From positions 73 to 64,072 of the forward strand of contig DASSEV010000020.1 of assembly GCA_035695105.1 (NCBI GenBank): 64,000 nt of DNA, in the 5' to 3' direction. Below are positions 1 through 9,558 of this stretch, in pieces (position 1 is the stretch's first letter; each line of letters begins with the position of its first letter). The stretch comes from Gaiellales bacterium. Lineage in GTDB: Bacteria > Actinomycetota > Thermoleophilia > Gaiellales > JAICJC01. The notes below the pieces were generated by a model. That model saw nothing but the letters and a program-made list of their open reading frames with translations, had not been told where the DNA came from and searched no databases. A program made the position numbers and the translations under genes.

Positions 1-1
1 C

Positions 2-292
2 GCGCTGCAGGAGCCGCTTCGCCAGCTGGCCGAGAATGCCGGCCTGGAGGGCTCGGTCGTCGTCAACGAGGTGCGGGCCGCGAAGTCGGGCCAGGGCCTC
101 AACGTCGACACCGGCGAGATCGTCGACCTGGTCAAGGCGGGCATCATCGACCCGGCCATGGTGACGCGCTCGGCGCTGCAGAACGCGGCGTCCATCGCCA
201 AGAACATCCTCACCACCGAGGCTGTCGTGGCGGAGGCGCCCGAGAAGCCGGCTCCCGCCCCCATGGGCGGCGGCATGCCGGACATGATGTAG
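2..292 (+). CDS. groEL: Chaperonin GroEL/Cpn60, C-terminal fragment (5' end lies upstream of the window)
   Basis: Frame-2 translation from nt 2 reads [82 protein letters not shown]...[10 protein letters not shown]. This is the conserved GroEL C-terminal equatorial segment with its Gly/Met tail. TAG at 290-292. Confidence 0.93.
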   Translation, partial: ALQEPLRQLAENAGLEGSVVVNEVRAAKSGQGLNVDTGEIVDLVKAGIIDPAMVTRSALQNAASIAKNILTTEAVVAEAPEKPAPAPMGGGMPDMM

Positions 293-317
293 ATCGATCG
301 CGATCTGCAAGTGGTAC

Positions 318-341
318 GGAGGGCGGCGAAAGCCGCCCTCC
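318..341 (+). terminator. GC-rich stem-loop 26 nt after the groEL stop
   Basis: GGAGGGCGGC-GAAA-GCCGCCCTCC: perfect 10-bp stem with a GAAA tetraloop. No clear T-tract follows. Confidence 0.55.
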
Positions 342-350
342 GGCGTTCAT

Positions 351-375
351 GGGGTCAGGCCTCAGGCCTGACCCC
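351..375 (+). terminator. Second stem-loop in tandem after groEL
   Basis: GGGGTCAGGCC-TCA-GGCCTGACCCC: perfect 11-bp stem with a 3-nt loop, 10 nt after the first hairpin. Confidence 0.45.
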
Positions 376-445
376 GTTGCCGACGGCGCCAGACGCCGCG
401 CTTCAGCGGGGCGGCACCCTTCGGCTGCTCACGTCCTTAACGACG

Positions 446-471
446 TCGAGGGCCCGCTCCCAGGCCCTCGA
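446..471. terminator. Third hairpin in the groEL / mannosyltransferase convergent spacer
   Basis: TCGAGGGCC-N8-GGCCCTCGA: perfect 9-bp stem. It cannot be assigned to a strand. Confidence 0.3.
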
Positions 472-500
472 TCGAAACGCCCTGTGCGTGCCCCCTACCC

Positions 501-536
501 GAGAAAGAGCCACGCGGTGTAGCTCCAACGTACACC
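501..536 (-). terminator. Candidate intrinsic terminator of the minus-strand mannosyltransferase gene
   Basis: On the minus strand, 15 nt after the stop at 551: GGTGTA-N9-TACACC hairpin (516-536), then a pyrimidine/T-rich run CTCTTTCTC (501-509). Confidence 0.35.
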
Positions 537-550
537 GACCGCGGGCGCTG

Positions 551-1702
551 TCAAGGCGTGAACGTGCGCGGCCCGAACGTGACGAACACGAGCGCCGCGA
601 GGAGCAGCGGCGAGGCCACCTTGACCACCGTGTCGATCCGCTCGTCGCGGCCCAGGTCTGCGAGCGCCCAGAAGAACGGGAACGCGACCATCCCGAACCG
701 GCCCATCGAGACGATCAGCCCGCCGCTGGTCGGCAGGATGATCATCAGGCCGGCGAAGATCAGGTACTCCCACGGCAGCCGCATCCGCCGCCAGCACCAG
801 TACCACAGGCCGCACCAGAGCAGCGTGAACCCGACGTGGATGAAGTAGCGGAAGTGGCTGGCCGTGACCCCGTCCCAGAAGCCCTGCGCGAGCACGATCG
901 GCAGCACCGACACGCCTCTGCCCCAGCCGCGCTTCTGCGCGTGCAGGCTCGCGAACGGGTCGCCGGTGCGCCAGTAGAGGTAGCCGAAGAACGCGAGCTC
1001 GGCGGCCGGCAGCAGGAGCAGCGGCAGGTACGCGCGCAGCTCGAGGCCGCGCTCCCGGTACCGGCGCCAGGCCAGCGCCGGGAACAGCGCGATGCCCGTG
1101 GGGCGGGCCAGCACCGCCAGGGCGCCGACCGCCGAACCGCTCCACCACCGTCCGTGCCAGGTGAGCGCGAACGCGCCCAGCGCGCAGAGCAGGAACAGCG
1201 ACTCGGCGTAGGGGAGCGAGAACACGAACGTGAGCGGGAAGATGGCGAGGTAGAGCACCGTCCGTCGTGCCATCCCCTCGTCGAACCGGCGCTGCGTGAT
1301 GCGGTAGAGCAGGCAGAGCGCGGCACCGAACATGCCCGACGAAAGCAGCGTGCCTGACACCGTCACCGGCCCGGGCAGCCAGGTGAACGGCGCCCACAGG
1401 ATCGGGTAGAGCGGGAAGAACGCCGCGGTGTTGCCATGACCGATCGAGGGGTCGTAGCCGTGCAGGGCGATCCAGCGGTACCAGGTCGCGTCCCAGTCCG
1501 ACAGCGGCGAGAACAGCGCGTTCCACGAGAACGCGGCGCCATGCGGGTGCCTGCTCGTCCAGCTCTGCATCGCGATCACCAGGTAGACGGCGGCGCGCGA
1601 CCCCGCCCACACAGCCAGCGGATAGCCGAGTCCCCACAGCCGGCGCCTGGGTGCAGCCTCCGGCGCGGGCGCGGCCTCCGCCACCGCGGTCACTCCGGCC
1701 AT
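551..1702 (-). CDS. Integral-membrane glycosyl(mannosyl)transferase, PIG-V / GT-C-like
   Basis: Track ORF 551..2365 trimmed to the in-frame ATG at 1702; the upstream part is Arg/Pro-rich shadow. Multi-TM 383-aa product with AAFFPLYPILW and GRFGMVAFPFFW motifs, as in PIG-V-type mannosyltransferases. Confidence 0.7.
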   Translation of the reverse strand: MAGVTAVAEAAPAPEAAPRRRLWGLGYPLAVWAGSRAAVYLVIAMQSWTSRHPHGAAFSWNALFSPLSDWDATWYRWIALHGYDPSIGHGNTAAFFPLYPILWAPFTWLPGPVTVSGTLLSSGMFGAALCLLYRITQRRFDEGMARRTVLYLAIFPLTFVFSLPYAESLFLLCALGAFALTWHGRWWSGSAVGALAVLARPTGIALFPALAWRRYRERGLELRAYLPLLLLPAAELAFFGYLYWRTGDPFASLHAQKRGWGRGVSVLPIVLAQGFWDGVTASHFRYFIHVGFTLLWCGLWYWCWRRMRLPWEYLIFAGLMIILPTSGGLIVSMGRFGMVAFPFFWALADLGRDERIDTVVKVASPLLLAALVFVTFGPRTFTP

Positions 1703-2502
1703 CCCATGCGCCGCCAGAACCAGCGCACCCCGAAGAACACCGCGGTCGCGTAGACGATGCCGATCAGCAGGTCGATGACGTAGTGGTTGCCGGTGTAGAC
1801 GGCTGCGAAGCACTGCACGACCGGGTAGAGGAAGGCGAGCGCGGCCGTCCACCGCCAGCGGCTGTTCCACGCCAGCATCGCCAGGAACAGGAACACCAGC
1901 CACGAGTAGCCGCTGTGCAGCGACGGGATGGCGGCGTACGGATTGCCGTCGACCAGGTGGTACAGCGGCCCCGAGTCGGTCGGCAGCGGCGAGTTCGCGG
2001 CCTGGACGCCGGCCGGATTGGCCACGTAGGGGATCAACCCCTTCAGGGACGCGGCCCATGGCGGCGCCGCGGGGTACAGCGCGAAGGTGAGGGCGCCGGC
2101 ATAGCTCAGCGTCAGCAGCGTCGCTGCGAAGCGGTAGAACAGCGCCCGCCGTTTCAGCCACAGCACGAAGGCGAGCGTCGGTGGCACGATGAAGTGGATC
2201 CGCGTGGCCGCTGAGAGCGCCTGGTCGTACCACATCAGGTGGCCCTTCCACAGCCAGTCCTGCAGCACGACGGTGGGCACGCGGCCGAAGAACATGGCCT
2301 TCTCGACGTCGAGGTGCGGCGTGTAGTACGGCGAAGGATGCACCGTGTGCGCGAGTCCGCGACACTCCTCGTACCAGACGATCAGCAGGACGAAGGGAAC
2401 GAAATCGAGCATGAACCGCCGGCCCCGCCCGATCACGAGCGCGGGGGCGAGCAGCACCAGCAGGTAGCGGTCGGGCGTGAGCGACAGCCCGAAGGTGAGC
2501 AC
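1690..2502 (-). CDS. PAP2-superfamily membrane phosphotransferase/phosphatase, PAP2_3 (Aur1/Ipt1-like)
   Basis: Track ORF 1690..4023 trimmed to GTG 2502. I found no in-frame ATG/GTG/TTG for about 150 nt upstream, so the start is uncertain. PAP2 motifs PSLHSGYS and TGNHYVIDLLIG are present. The stop at 1690-1692 lies 13 nt inside the next gene (start 1702). Confidence 0.68.
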   Translation of the reverse strand: MLTFGLSLTPDRYLLVLLAPALVIGRGRRFMLDFVPFVLLIVWYEECRGLAHTVHPSPYYTPHLDVEKAMFFGRVPTVVLQDWLWKGHLMWYDQALSAATRIHFIVPPTLAFVLWLKRRALFYRFAATLLTLSYAGALTFALYPAAPPWAASLKGLIPYVANPAGVQAANSPLPTDSGPLYHLVDGNPYAAIPSLHSGYSWLVFLFLAMLAWNSRWRWTAALAFLYPVVQCFAAVYTGNHYVIDLLIGIVYATAVFFGVRWFWRRMGWPE

Positions 2503-2562
2503 CTGCGCCCCGAGCGCGATCAGGAACGCGACGAACGCGAGGATGGCGGTGGGGCGGTCGAT

Positions 2563-3981
2563 GTGGGCTCGTGGTGGCCCCCAGCGCTGGCCGCCGTGCT
2601 CGCGGCCGCCCTCGCCGCCGCCGTCCGCCTGCCGTTCGTCCGCGCCCCGCTGACCGCCGACGAGGGCGGGTACGGCGAGGTCGCCCGCCTGTGGGCCGGC
2701 GGCGCTCGCCTGTACGACCAGGCGTGGGTCGACCGCCCCCAGGGGCTGCTGCTGGTGTTTCGGGCGATACTGCATGTGGAGAATGGCTCGACGGCCGCGA
2801 TCCACGTGGCCGCCGCCGTGGTCGGGGCGCTGGTGGTCGTGGCCGTTATGGCCCTTGCGCACCGGACGGCGGGCAGAATACCTGCGATAGCCGCCGGCCT
2901 GCTCCTGGCCACGCTCGGAGCGTCGCCGCTGATCGAGTCGTTCACGCTGTCCGGGGAGCTGCTCGCCTCCCTTCCCGCCGTGCTCTCGCTGCTCGCCTTC
3001 GTCGCATACCTGCGCCGCGGCGGTGCCGTCTGGCTCGTCGTCTGCGGGCTGCTGACCGGCGCCGCGGTGCTGCTGAAGCAGTCGGGGTTCGACGGCGGCC
3101 TGGCCGCTGTCGTCTACCTGCTGGCCTGCCGCAGGCGGGCCGGAGTGGCTCCTGCGGCCATGATCGTGGGGGCGGCGATCGTGCCCGTGGCGGTGGCGGC
3201 GATCAGCGCGCCGAGCTTCTCCGACTGGTGGTACGCGATGGTGACCTACCGCGGCCAGGGCGACTCGATCGTGTCGGGATCGCTGTCCGGCCGCCTGTCC
3301 CAGTTCTGGGATACCTTCCCGACCGCCGTGCGCGCGTTCGCGCCGCTGATCCTGCTCGGCGCCTACGGCTGGCGGCGCTCGCCGGTGCTGATGCGGATCT
3401 GGCTCGGCGCGGCCGGCCTGGCCGTGCTCGGCGGCGGCAACTTCCACGCCCACTACTACATCCAGCTTGCGCCGCCGGTGGCGGTGCTCGCGGGCGTCGG
3501 CGTGCAGCGCGTGCTCGACCGGCGGTCGGCCCTGGTGGCCGGGATCGCTGCCGGCCTCGCCGTGTGGTCGTTCTCCGCGGCGGTTCCGCTCTGGTTCGAC
3601 TCGCCGGCGGCGCAGGCGCGCGCGGTCTTCCCGAACGACTCCCATCTCCAGTACGACGGTGAGATCGTCCGCTACGTGCGGGCGCACACGCGGCCCGGGC
3701 AGCGCATCTTCGTGATGTGGGCGGCGGCCAACGTGTACTACCTGGCCGACCGCCCGCCGGCCGTGCGGTACATGTGGTACCGCAACATCCAGGCGATCCC
3801 GGGCGCGCTGGGTGAGGTGCACCGGGCGCTGGCGGCTCCCGACCGGCCGGCCTTGGTGGTGGGCGAGCAGCCGCCGGGGAGCCTCGATCCCGGAGGCGAG
3901 ACGGGCCGGCTGCTGCGCGAGCACTACCGGCTGGCGACCACCATCCACGGGGTGCCGATCTACCAGGCGCGAGATGGATGA
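2563..3981 (+). CDS. GT-C fold glycosyltransferase, ArnT/PMT_2-like (GT39/83 type)
   Basis: Track ORF 2239..3981 trimmed to the in-frame GTG at 2563 (VGSWWPPALAAVLAAALAAAV...). Multi-TM with a first-loop acidic motif (LTADEGGYGE) and a soluble C-terminal part. Divergent from the PAP2 gene across a 60-bp spacer. Confidence 0.65.
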   Translation: MGSWWPPALAAVLAAALAAAVRLPFVRAPLTADEGGYGEVARLWAGGARLYDQAWVDRPQGLLLVFRAILHVENGSTAAIHVAAAVVGALVVVAVMALAHRTAGRIPAIAAGLLLATLGASPLIESFTLSGELLASLPAVLSLLAFVAYLRRGGAVWLVVCGLLTGAAVLLKQSGFDGGLAAVVYLLACRRRAGVAPAAMIVGAAIVPVAVAAISAPSFSDWWYAMVTYRGQGDSIVSGSLSGRLSQFWDTFPTAVRAFAPLILLGAYGWRRSPVLMRIWLGAAGLAVLGGGNFHAHYYIQLAPPVAVLAGVGVQRVLDRRSALVAGIAAGLAVWSFSAAVPLWFDSPAAQARAVFPNDSHLQYDGEIVRYVRAHTRPGQRIFVMWAAANVYYLADRPPAVRYMWYRNIQAIPGALGEVHRALAAPDRPALVVGEQPPGSLDPGGETGRLLREHYRLATTIHGVPIYQARDG

Positions 3982-4041
3982 TTCCACGACGCCTACCGGT
4001 CGCAGCCCCCACACGGTTGACAATCACCCGCAGTCAGGCGG

Positions 4042-4947
4042 TCAGACGTGCGGGGTCGTGGAATCAATCATCCGGCGAAGCGCCGCGACGGCGTCGTCGC
4101 TGAGCGGCAGCTCGCCGTGCGCGTGTAGCCACTCGACCAGCCGGATGGTGCCCGGCCGGCGGGCGATCAGCTGGCGCAGCTGCTCGAGGTCGCCGCCGCC
4201 GGCCCGCAGCATGGCGTCGAAGGCGAGCACGTTCTGGTCGTGCGGCGCCAGTGCGCGCGCCCGCGCCGCGGAGTGCGCCGCAGCGTCGACCTCGCCGCGC
4301 TTCGCCGCCTCGGTGCCCTCGTTGACGAGCCGGTAGGCCTCGGCCACGTCGACCAGCCTGCGCAGCGCCTCGAGCGGCGCGCGGTCGTCGTCCACCCGCA
4401 GGTCGGTCTCGACGCCCTGCCACGGCTCGTCGGCGGGCTCGGCGCCGACGACGAGCAGGGCTGCCGACTGCCGGCCGCGGAAGTCCCCGCCCGCCGCTTC
4501 CGCCGCCTCGAGGGCGGCCAGGATGCGGCGCTCGAGCGAGCCCGGTGCTACCAGGTACGCCTCGCGCATCGCCTCGGGCACGCCCGGGCGGGCCATCATG
4601 TTCGCCTGGCAGCTGAGGCCGTCCCCCTGGACGTCTCCGGCGTCGGCGATCGTGTCGGCGCCGGTGAAGGCCGCGGTCGAGCCGTCGGCCGCGACCACGG
4701 CGACCTGGCGCTGCTCGCGCCGGCCGTCCTCGGCGCGGAGCGCCTGCAGCGCCTGGCCGGGCGACTCGCCGGACGCGAGGCGGTCGAGCAGCCGCGGGCC
4801 GTATCCGCGCTCGCTGAACGCCTGCGTCGCGACGGCGCCGACGCCCGCGCGGGCCCACGAGCAGACGGCGCCGACACCCATCACGCATGTCTGTACGCCC
4901 ACTCCGAGACGGCCGTCGTCGCCCCAGGCCACGATCGAGTAGGTCAC
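4042..4947 (-). CDS. DUF1028 family protein (Ntn-hydrolase-like) with a C-terminal extension
   Basis: GTG start at 4947. The N-terminus (M)TYSIVAWGDDGRLGVGVQT matches the MT(F/Y)SIVA start typical of DUF1028. An extra ~80 aa follows at the C-terminus. Confidence 0.78.
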   Translation of the reverse strand: MTYSIVAWGDDGRLGVGVQTCVMGVGAVCSWARAGVGAVATQAFSERGYGPRLLDRLASGESPGQALQALRAEDGRREQRQVAVVAADGSTAAFTGADTIADAGDVQGDGLSCQANMMARPGVPEAMREAYLVAPGSLERRILAALEAAEAAGGDFRGRQSAALLVVGAEPADEPWQGVETDLRVDDDRAPLEALRRLVDVAEAYRLVNEGTEAAKRGEVDAAAHSAARARALAPHDQNVLAFDAMLRAGGGDLEQLRQLIARRPGTIRLVEWLHAHGELPLSDDAVAALRRMIDSTTPHV

Positions 4948-5045
4948 GTCGCCAGCATAGTCCGCCCACCGCGCAGCAACCGGCTCAGCCCGGTTCGCGC
5001 AACCATACCGCTGCCGCCGGGCCGGTCATCTACACTCCCGCCCGG

Positions 5046-7058
5046 TTGAACGCCGGCGCCATCCTCACCGCCCTGCTCGCGATGGTGATTCCGGGGGCCG
5101 GCGCGAGCCTCGCACTGCACCGGCCTGGGCAGGCCGGAATCCCCACGCGGCTCGCCCTCTGCTTCGGGCTCGGCTACGCCGTCTGCGCGTTGTGCGGCGT
5201 CGTGCTCGAGATCCTTCACGTGCTGCACGCGTGGACCTACCTGCCGCTGCTCGCCGCCGTCACCGCCGCGCTGTGGCTGGTGGCCGTCCGGCGCGACGGG
5301 CTGCGCGCGCACGCGGCCGCGCTGCGCGCCGAGTTCACCGCGCAGCCGTGGCTGGAGGGCGCCGGCCTGGCCTCCATCCTCGTCTTCGCGCTCGTCCGCC
5401 TGCGCTTCTCGCCGCTGCTCAACTTCAGCATGTTCGGCCCCTGGAGGTACTGGGCCGACGGCATGGAGATCGCCGACGCCGGCCGCGTTCCGCACCAGAC
5501 GCTGCAGTGGGGAGCCGCCTACACGCCCACCGTCAGCAAGGTGGTCCTGAACAGCTACCAGGCGGGCATGAGCTACCTGATCGGCTCCCAGCCCCTGCCC
5601 GCGATGGGGGCGCTGCTCTGGGTGGCCGCCGTCGGCTTCGCCTGCGGGCTCTACGGCCTGGGCAGGGAGCTCGGCCTCCGCCGGCTCGCCATCCTGCTTC
5701 CGCTGCTCATGCTCGTGCTGGTGGACAACGAGCTGCACCGCGACCTCGATGTCTACACCGCCGAGAACACCGGAAGGATGGCCGCGACCTGCGCGCTCCT
5801 GCTCGGCATCCGGGCGCTCCGCGGCCGCTCCGGCCGGGCCGAGCCGGTCGCCGCGGGCGTGCTGTTCGCCGTCGCCGCGGGCAGCCACGGGATCCCCGCA
5901 TTCGTCCTGATGCTCGGCCTCGGCTGCTACGCCGCCGCTCTGCTCGTCACCGGCCCGGTGCGAAGGCCCGTCATCCTGCGCCTCGCCGCCATCGTCGCCG
6001 TCGCCGTCGCCGTGTGGGGCGCGGCGCTCGGCCTCTCCGGCGGCGACGTGGGCTTCCAGGGTGCCAGCGGCACGAGCAAGTACGCCTCCTTCGGCGCCTC
6101 CAACGACCCCACGGCATCGCTGTTCAACGGCCGGCTCGTCCACAAGACGACCGCGGACGGGCACTGGTACATCGCGCCGGAGAACCTCGTTCGCGGCTAC
6201 GTCGCGAGCACGATCACCCGGCCCGCCGGCGACCTGGCGCTCGTCGGCGTCCCCATGGCCGCGATCCTGATCGCGCTGCTGATGCTGTGGCGGTTCCCGG
6301 ATGAGCTGCGCCCGCTGGGCCTGTTCGCCGTGCTGCTCGGCGGGGTGATCGTCGCCATCGCGCTTGCCTTCTCGTACCGCTACGACACGTACATCCCCGG
6401 CACGTTCGGCCCGCACCGGCTCTATGACTACGCCTGCCTGCTCGGCATCCTGGTCGTGCTGGGCTGCGCCGAGTGGGCGGTCGGGCTGCTCGGGCGCGTT
6501 CGCGTCTGGCTGCCGACCGCAGTCTGTGCGGCGGCCATCGCCCTCACCGCGGCAGGCGTTGCCTACGCGGGCGCCCCGGCCCGCCACGGCTGGCGGGAGA
6601 ACGGCGACCGGGCCCTGCAGGTGACGAACTGGGTCGATGCCAACGTCCCCTGCGGCTCGCGGCTGCTGGTCGACCGGCTGACGCTGGGGACGTTTGCGGC
6701 GCAGACCGGCCGCGTCAGCGTCGCCGAGGGGATGGGGCCCTACCTTCGTCCCTCCGAGCTGCACACGGTGCTCGACATCGTGCTCGGGGCGCACGCGTTC
6801 TTCCGCGACCCGGCGGCGCATCGCGCGTTCCTGCGGCAGGAGCGGGTCAACTACGTCGTCCTGCTGAAGGACGTGCGGATCGGCAGCATGGTGAACACGC
6901 TGGAGCAGGGCGTCGACCCGGCCGCCTTCCGGTCGCTGCCCTTCCTGCACCTGGTGCACAGCGACGACACCATGGACGTCTACCGTGTCGACGGAGCCCC
7001 GAGCAGCCCGGATCCGGATCCGCGCAACTTCTCGGGGCTCGACTGCAGGCAGGCATGA
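5046..7058 (+). CDS. Large polytopic membrane protein, possible GT-C-type glycosyltransferase (family not identified)
   Basis: Track ORF 4887..7058. Proposed TTG start at 5046 just before the first TM ([17 protein letters not shown]); the start is uncertain. Many hydrophobic helices followed by a ~160-aa soluble C-terminal domain. High GC3 in this frame, whereas the antisense 708-aa ORF is Arg/Gly/Asp-rich shadow. Confidence 0.55.
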   Translation: MNAGAILTALLAMVIPGAGASLALHRPGQAGIPTRLALCFGLGYAVCALCGVVLEILHVLHAWTYLPLLAAVTAALWLVAVRRDGLRAHAAALRAEFTAQPWLEGAGLASILVFALVRLRFSPLLNFSMFGPWRYWADGMEIADAGRVPHQTLQWGAAYTPTVSKVVLNSYQAGMSYLIGSQPLPAMGALLWVAAVGFACGLYGLGRELGLRRLAILLPLLMLVLVDNELHRDLDVYTAENTGRMAATCALLLGIRALRGRSGRAEPVAAGVLFAVAAGSHGIPAFVLMLGLGCYAAALLVTGPVRRPVILRLAAIVAVAVAVWGAALGLSGGDVGFQGASGTSKYASFGASNDPTASLFNGRLVHKTTADGHWYIAPENLVRGYVASTITRPAGDLALVGVPMAAILIALLMLWRFPDELRPLGLFAVLLGGVIVAIALAFSYRYDTYIPGTFGPHRLYDYACLLGILVVLGCAEWAVGLLGRVRVWLPTAVCAAAIALTAAGVAYAGAPARHGWRENGDRALQVTNWVDANVPCGSRLLVDRLTLGTFAAQTGRVSVAEGMGPYLRPSELHTVLDIVLGAHAFFRDPAAHRAFLRQERVNYVVLLKDVRIGSMVNTLEQGVDPAAFRSLPFLHLVHSDDTMDVYRVDGAPSSPDPDPRNFSGLDCRQA

Positions 7059-8476
7059 GCGGCACGGCATACGACCCTCCCGGCGACACGGCGGCTCGCA
7101 GCACCGGCGCCGGCCGGCTGCGCGCGCTGCCGGTGCCCCTTCGCTACGGGCTGGCCGCTGCGGCGGCCGCGGTCGCCTGCCTGCTGTGGGTCGTCGGCGA
7201 GGGCGCCGGTGGACGATTTGCGCCCGTGCCGGCGTCCGCGTCCCCGCCGCCGGCGCCGCACCGGATACCGCTGCCCGACGCTGCGTCGGCGACGCCGATC
7301 AAGCACATCGTCTACATCATCAAGGAGAACCGCACATACGACAACCTGTTCGGCCGCTTCCCCGAAGGCGACGGCGCAACAACCGGCGTCACATACGACG
7401 GGCGGGTCGTGCCGCTGACGAAGCTGCCGGACAAGCAAATCGATCTGCAGCACAACCACTCGTCGGCGGTGCAGGACATCAACGGCGGCCGCATGAACGG
7501 CTTCTCCCGCGTGCTGGACAAGGCCGGCGAGCGCACGATGAACGCGTACACAACGGCGTCGCCGGGCCAGCTGCCTGCCTATTGGGGATGGGCGAAGCGC
7601 TACGGCCTCGGCGATCGCATGTTCACCTCGGTGCCGAGCTCCAGCTATCCCAACCACCTGTACGCGGTGGCCGGCCAGTCCGACGGCGTCATCGACGGGC
7701 CCAGCATCGGCACCCGCTGGTGGGGGTGCGACGGCCCACCGGACGTGACCGTGCCGATCGCCGCGCAGGACACCATGTCGGTGGCCGGCCACAGGGACGT
7801 GTGTCTGAACATCCGCAGCGTCGCGGGCGTGATCAACGGCCGGCACGGCGTCTCCTGGGGAACCTACGGCGCCATGCCCGGGCAGCTCGGCTACGGCTGG
7901 GTCGCGCTCGACGCCGTCAAAGACGTCCGCGAGCGCGCCGACTGGGGGCGGCACTACGCACCGTGGCAGTGGTTCAGCTCCGACATCAAGCAGGGCTACC
8001 TGCCATCGATCAGCTGGATCACGCCGCCGTTCGACGAGAGCGACCACCCGGGCGGGCCATCGCTGTGCGCGGGAGAGAACTGGACGGCGAAGATGGTGAA
8101 TGCGGTGGTGAGCTCGAAGTTCTGGAAGAGCACCGCGATCGTCATCGTCTGGGACGACTTCGGCGGGTTCTACGACCACGTCCCACCGCCGAACGTGGAC
8201 CGGTTCGGGCTGGGCGTGCGGTCGCCGCTGCTGGTCATCTCGCCCTGGGCGAAGCGCGGGATCGACCACACCACGTACGACTTCACGTCCGTGATCAAGT
8301 TCGCCTCCGAGAACTTCGGCCTGCCGCTGCTCACCGCCCGCGAGCGCGAGGCGAACTCCCTGCGGTCCGCCTTCCAGTTCCGCCATCCGCTGCCGCGCTG
8401 GACGGCGCCCGTGCGGAGCTGCCCGAACGTGAAGTTCGTGCAGAAGGAGGCGGACGGCTCGATCGACTACAGCTGA
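7055..8476 (+). CDS. Phosphoesterase family protein (phospholipase C / acid phosphatase type), membrane-anchored
   Basis: ATG 7055 overlaps the upstream stop (ATGA). N-terminal [21 protein letters not shown]. Motifs [35 protein letters not shown] and [12 protein letters not shown] are typical of the Phosphoesterase (PlcC/AcpA) family. Confidence 0.82.
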   Translation: MSGTAYDPPGDTAARSTGAGRLRALPVPLRYGLAAAAAAVACLLWVVGEGAGGRFAPVPASASPPPAPHRIPLPDAASATPIKHIVYIIKENRTYDNLFGRFPEGDGATTGVTYDGRVVPLTKLPDKQIDLQHNHSSAVQDINGGRMNGFSRVLDKAGERTMNAYTTASPGQLPAYWGWAKRYGLGDRMFTSVPSSSYPNHLYAVAGQSDGVIDGPSIGTRWWGCDGPPDVTVPIAAQDTMSVAGHRDVCLNIRSVAGVINGRHGVSWGTYGAMPGQLGYGWVALDAVKDVRERADWGRHYAPWQWFSSDIKQGYLPSISWITPPFDESDHPGGPSLCAGENWTAKMVNAVVSSKFWKSTAIVIVWDDFGGFYDHVPPPNVDRFGLGVRSPLLVISPWAKRGIDHTTYDFTSVIKFASENFGLPLLTAREREANSLRSAFQFRHPLPRWTAPVRSCPNVKFVQKEADGSIDYS

Positions 8477-9558
8477 GCGCCGTGCTCGATCATGCGCACG
8501 GCCAGCTCGAGGCGGCGCTCGAGCGTCTCCAGCTCGATCCACTCGGCCTCCGTGTGGTCGAGCGCTCCGACCGGGCCAAGGCCGTCGATCGTGGGCACCC
8601 CGGTGGCGCCCGTCCAGCATCCGTCCGAGACGCCGCCTGAGAGCTGCTCGCCGGCGGTGAGTCCGAGCTCGGCGGCCACGGCGAGCGCCGCCCTGGCAAG
8701 CCGCTCGTCGCGCGGCATCGGCGGCCACGTCCCGCGGTCGACGATCGCGATCGAGACGCCGTCGTAGGGGCCGCCTGCCTCCAGCTCGGTCAGGGCGTGA
8801 TCGAGGTCGGCGGGCACGCTTGAGCGGATGTCGAGCGTGGCGGTCGCGTTGCCGGGCAGGGTGTTCGCCGCGGTTCCGCCGAGCACGGTGGTGACCACCG
8901 ACGTCATCTCGGGCCGGCCGGCCTTGAGGCCCTCGATGCGGAGGATCTCGCGGGCCAGCGCCGAGACGGCGCTGCGGCCGCGGGCAGTGTCGGCCCCGGC
9001 ATGTGCCGCCACACCGGTCAGCTCCATCGTCCGCCAGATCGCGCCCTTGCGGGCTGTGACCACGTCTCCGTTCTCGCGCCCGCACTCGAACACCAGCGCG
9101 GCACGTGCGCCGGCGGCGTGCGCGCAGACTGCGGGCGCGCGCAGGCGCACCTCCTCATCGGCGCAGACGAGGAACCGGAGCTCCGAGAACGGCCGCGCAC
9201 GCTCGGCGAACCGCTCCATCGCCATGGCCGCCAGCACGAGGCCGCCCTTCATGTCGGCGACGCCGGGCCCGAAGCAGCGCATGCCCTCGCGCCGGAACGG
9301 CCGCTCCGCGACGGTGCCCATGGGGAAGACCGTGTCGGTGTGCCCGAGCAGGCAGACGGCGCCTTCGCCCTCTCCCGGCATGGTGATCAGGAGGCTGCGC
9401 GCGGGCCCGTCCGGCTCATCGACCCACGCCGCCGTGCATCCGGCCGGCGCCAGCCACCCGGCCAGCAGCTCGGCCACGCGCTCCTGCTCCAGCCCGTCCG
9501 ACGGGGAGTCGATGTCGACAAGCTGCTCGAGCCGGGTGGTGAAGGTCTGGACGGTCAA
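8467..9558 (-). CDS. M20 family metallopeptidase (carboxypeptidase G2 / glutamate carboxypeptidase-like)
   Basis: Track ORF 8467..10611 trimmed to TTG 9558, which overlaps the permease stop (TTGA). Motifs [18 protein letters not shown] and CADEE. Confidence 0.75.
   Translation of the reverse strand: MTVQTFTTRLEQLVDIDSPSDGLEQERVAELLAGWLAPAGCTAAWVDEPDGPARSLLITMPGEGEGAVCLLGHTDTVFPMGTVAERPFRREGMRCFGPGVADMKGGLVLAAMAMERFAERARPFSELRFLVCADEEVRLRAPAVCAHAAGARAALVFECGRENGDVVTARKGAIWRTMELTGVAAHAGADTARGRSAVSALAREILRIEGLKAGRPEMTSVVTTVLGGTAANTLPGNATATLDIRSSVPADLDHALTELEAGGPYDGVSIAIVDRGTWPPMPRDERLARAALAVAAELGLTAGEQLSGGVSDGCWTGATGVPTIDGLGPVGALDHTEAEWIELETLERRLELAVRMIEHGAQL

Noticed and set aside
311-1357. 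348-aa plus-strand ORF (and 495..1637, 760..1326 minus-strand ORFs) overlapping the mannosyltransferase gene and the groEL downstream spacer.
   Set aside because: The translations are Arg/Ala/Pro/Glu-rich and low in complexity, with no motifs. The 551..1702 frame gives a coherent multi-TM protein with family motifs. The 5' part of 311..1357 runs straight through the groEL terminator hairpins. These are typical GC-driven shadow ORFs.
4944-7070. 708-aa minus-strand ORF almost exactly antisense to the 723-aa plus-strand ORF.
   Set aside because: Both strands are open over 2.1 kb. Only the plus frame yields alternating hydrophobic helices, a plausible soluble domain and an ATGA coupling to the next gene. 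The minus product is Arg/Gly/Asp/Pro-rich with no structure.
6980-9085. 701-aa minus-strand ORF (and 6985..8640, 8828..9748 plus frames) across the phosphoesterase and M20 peptidase genes.
   Set aside because: Out of frame or antisense to two genes with clear catalytic motifs, and Arg-rich low-complexity translations.
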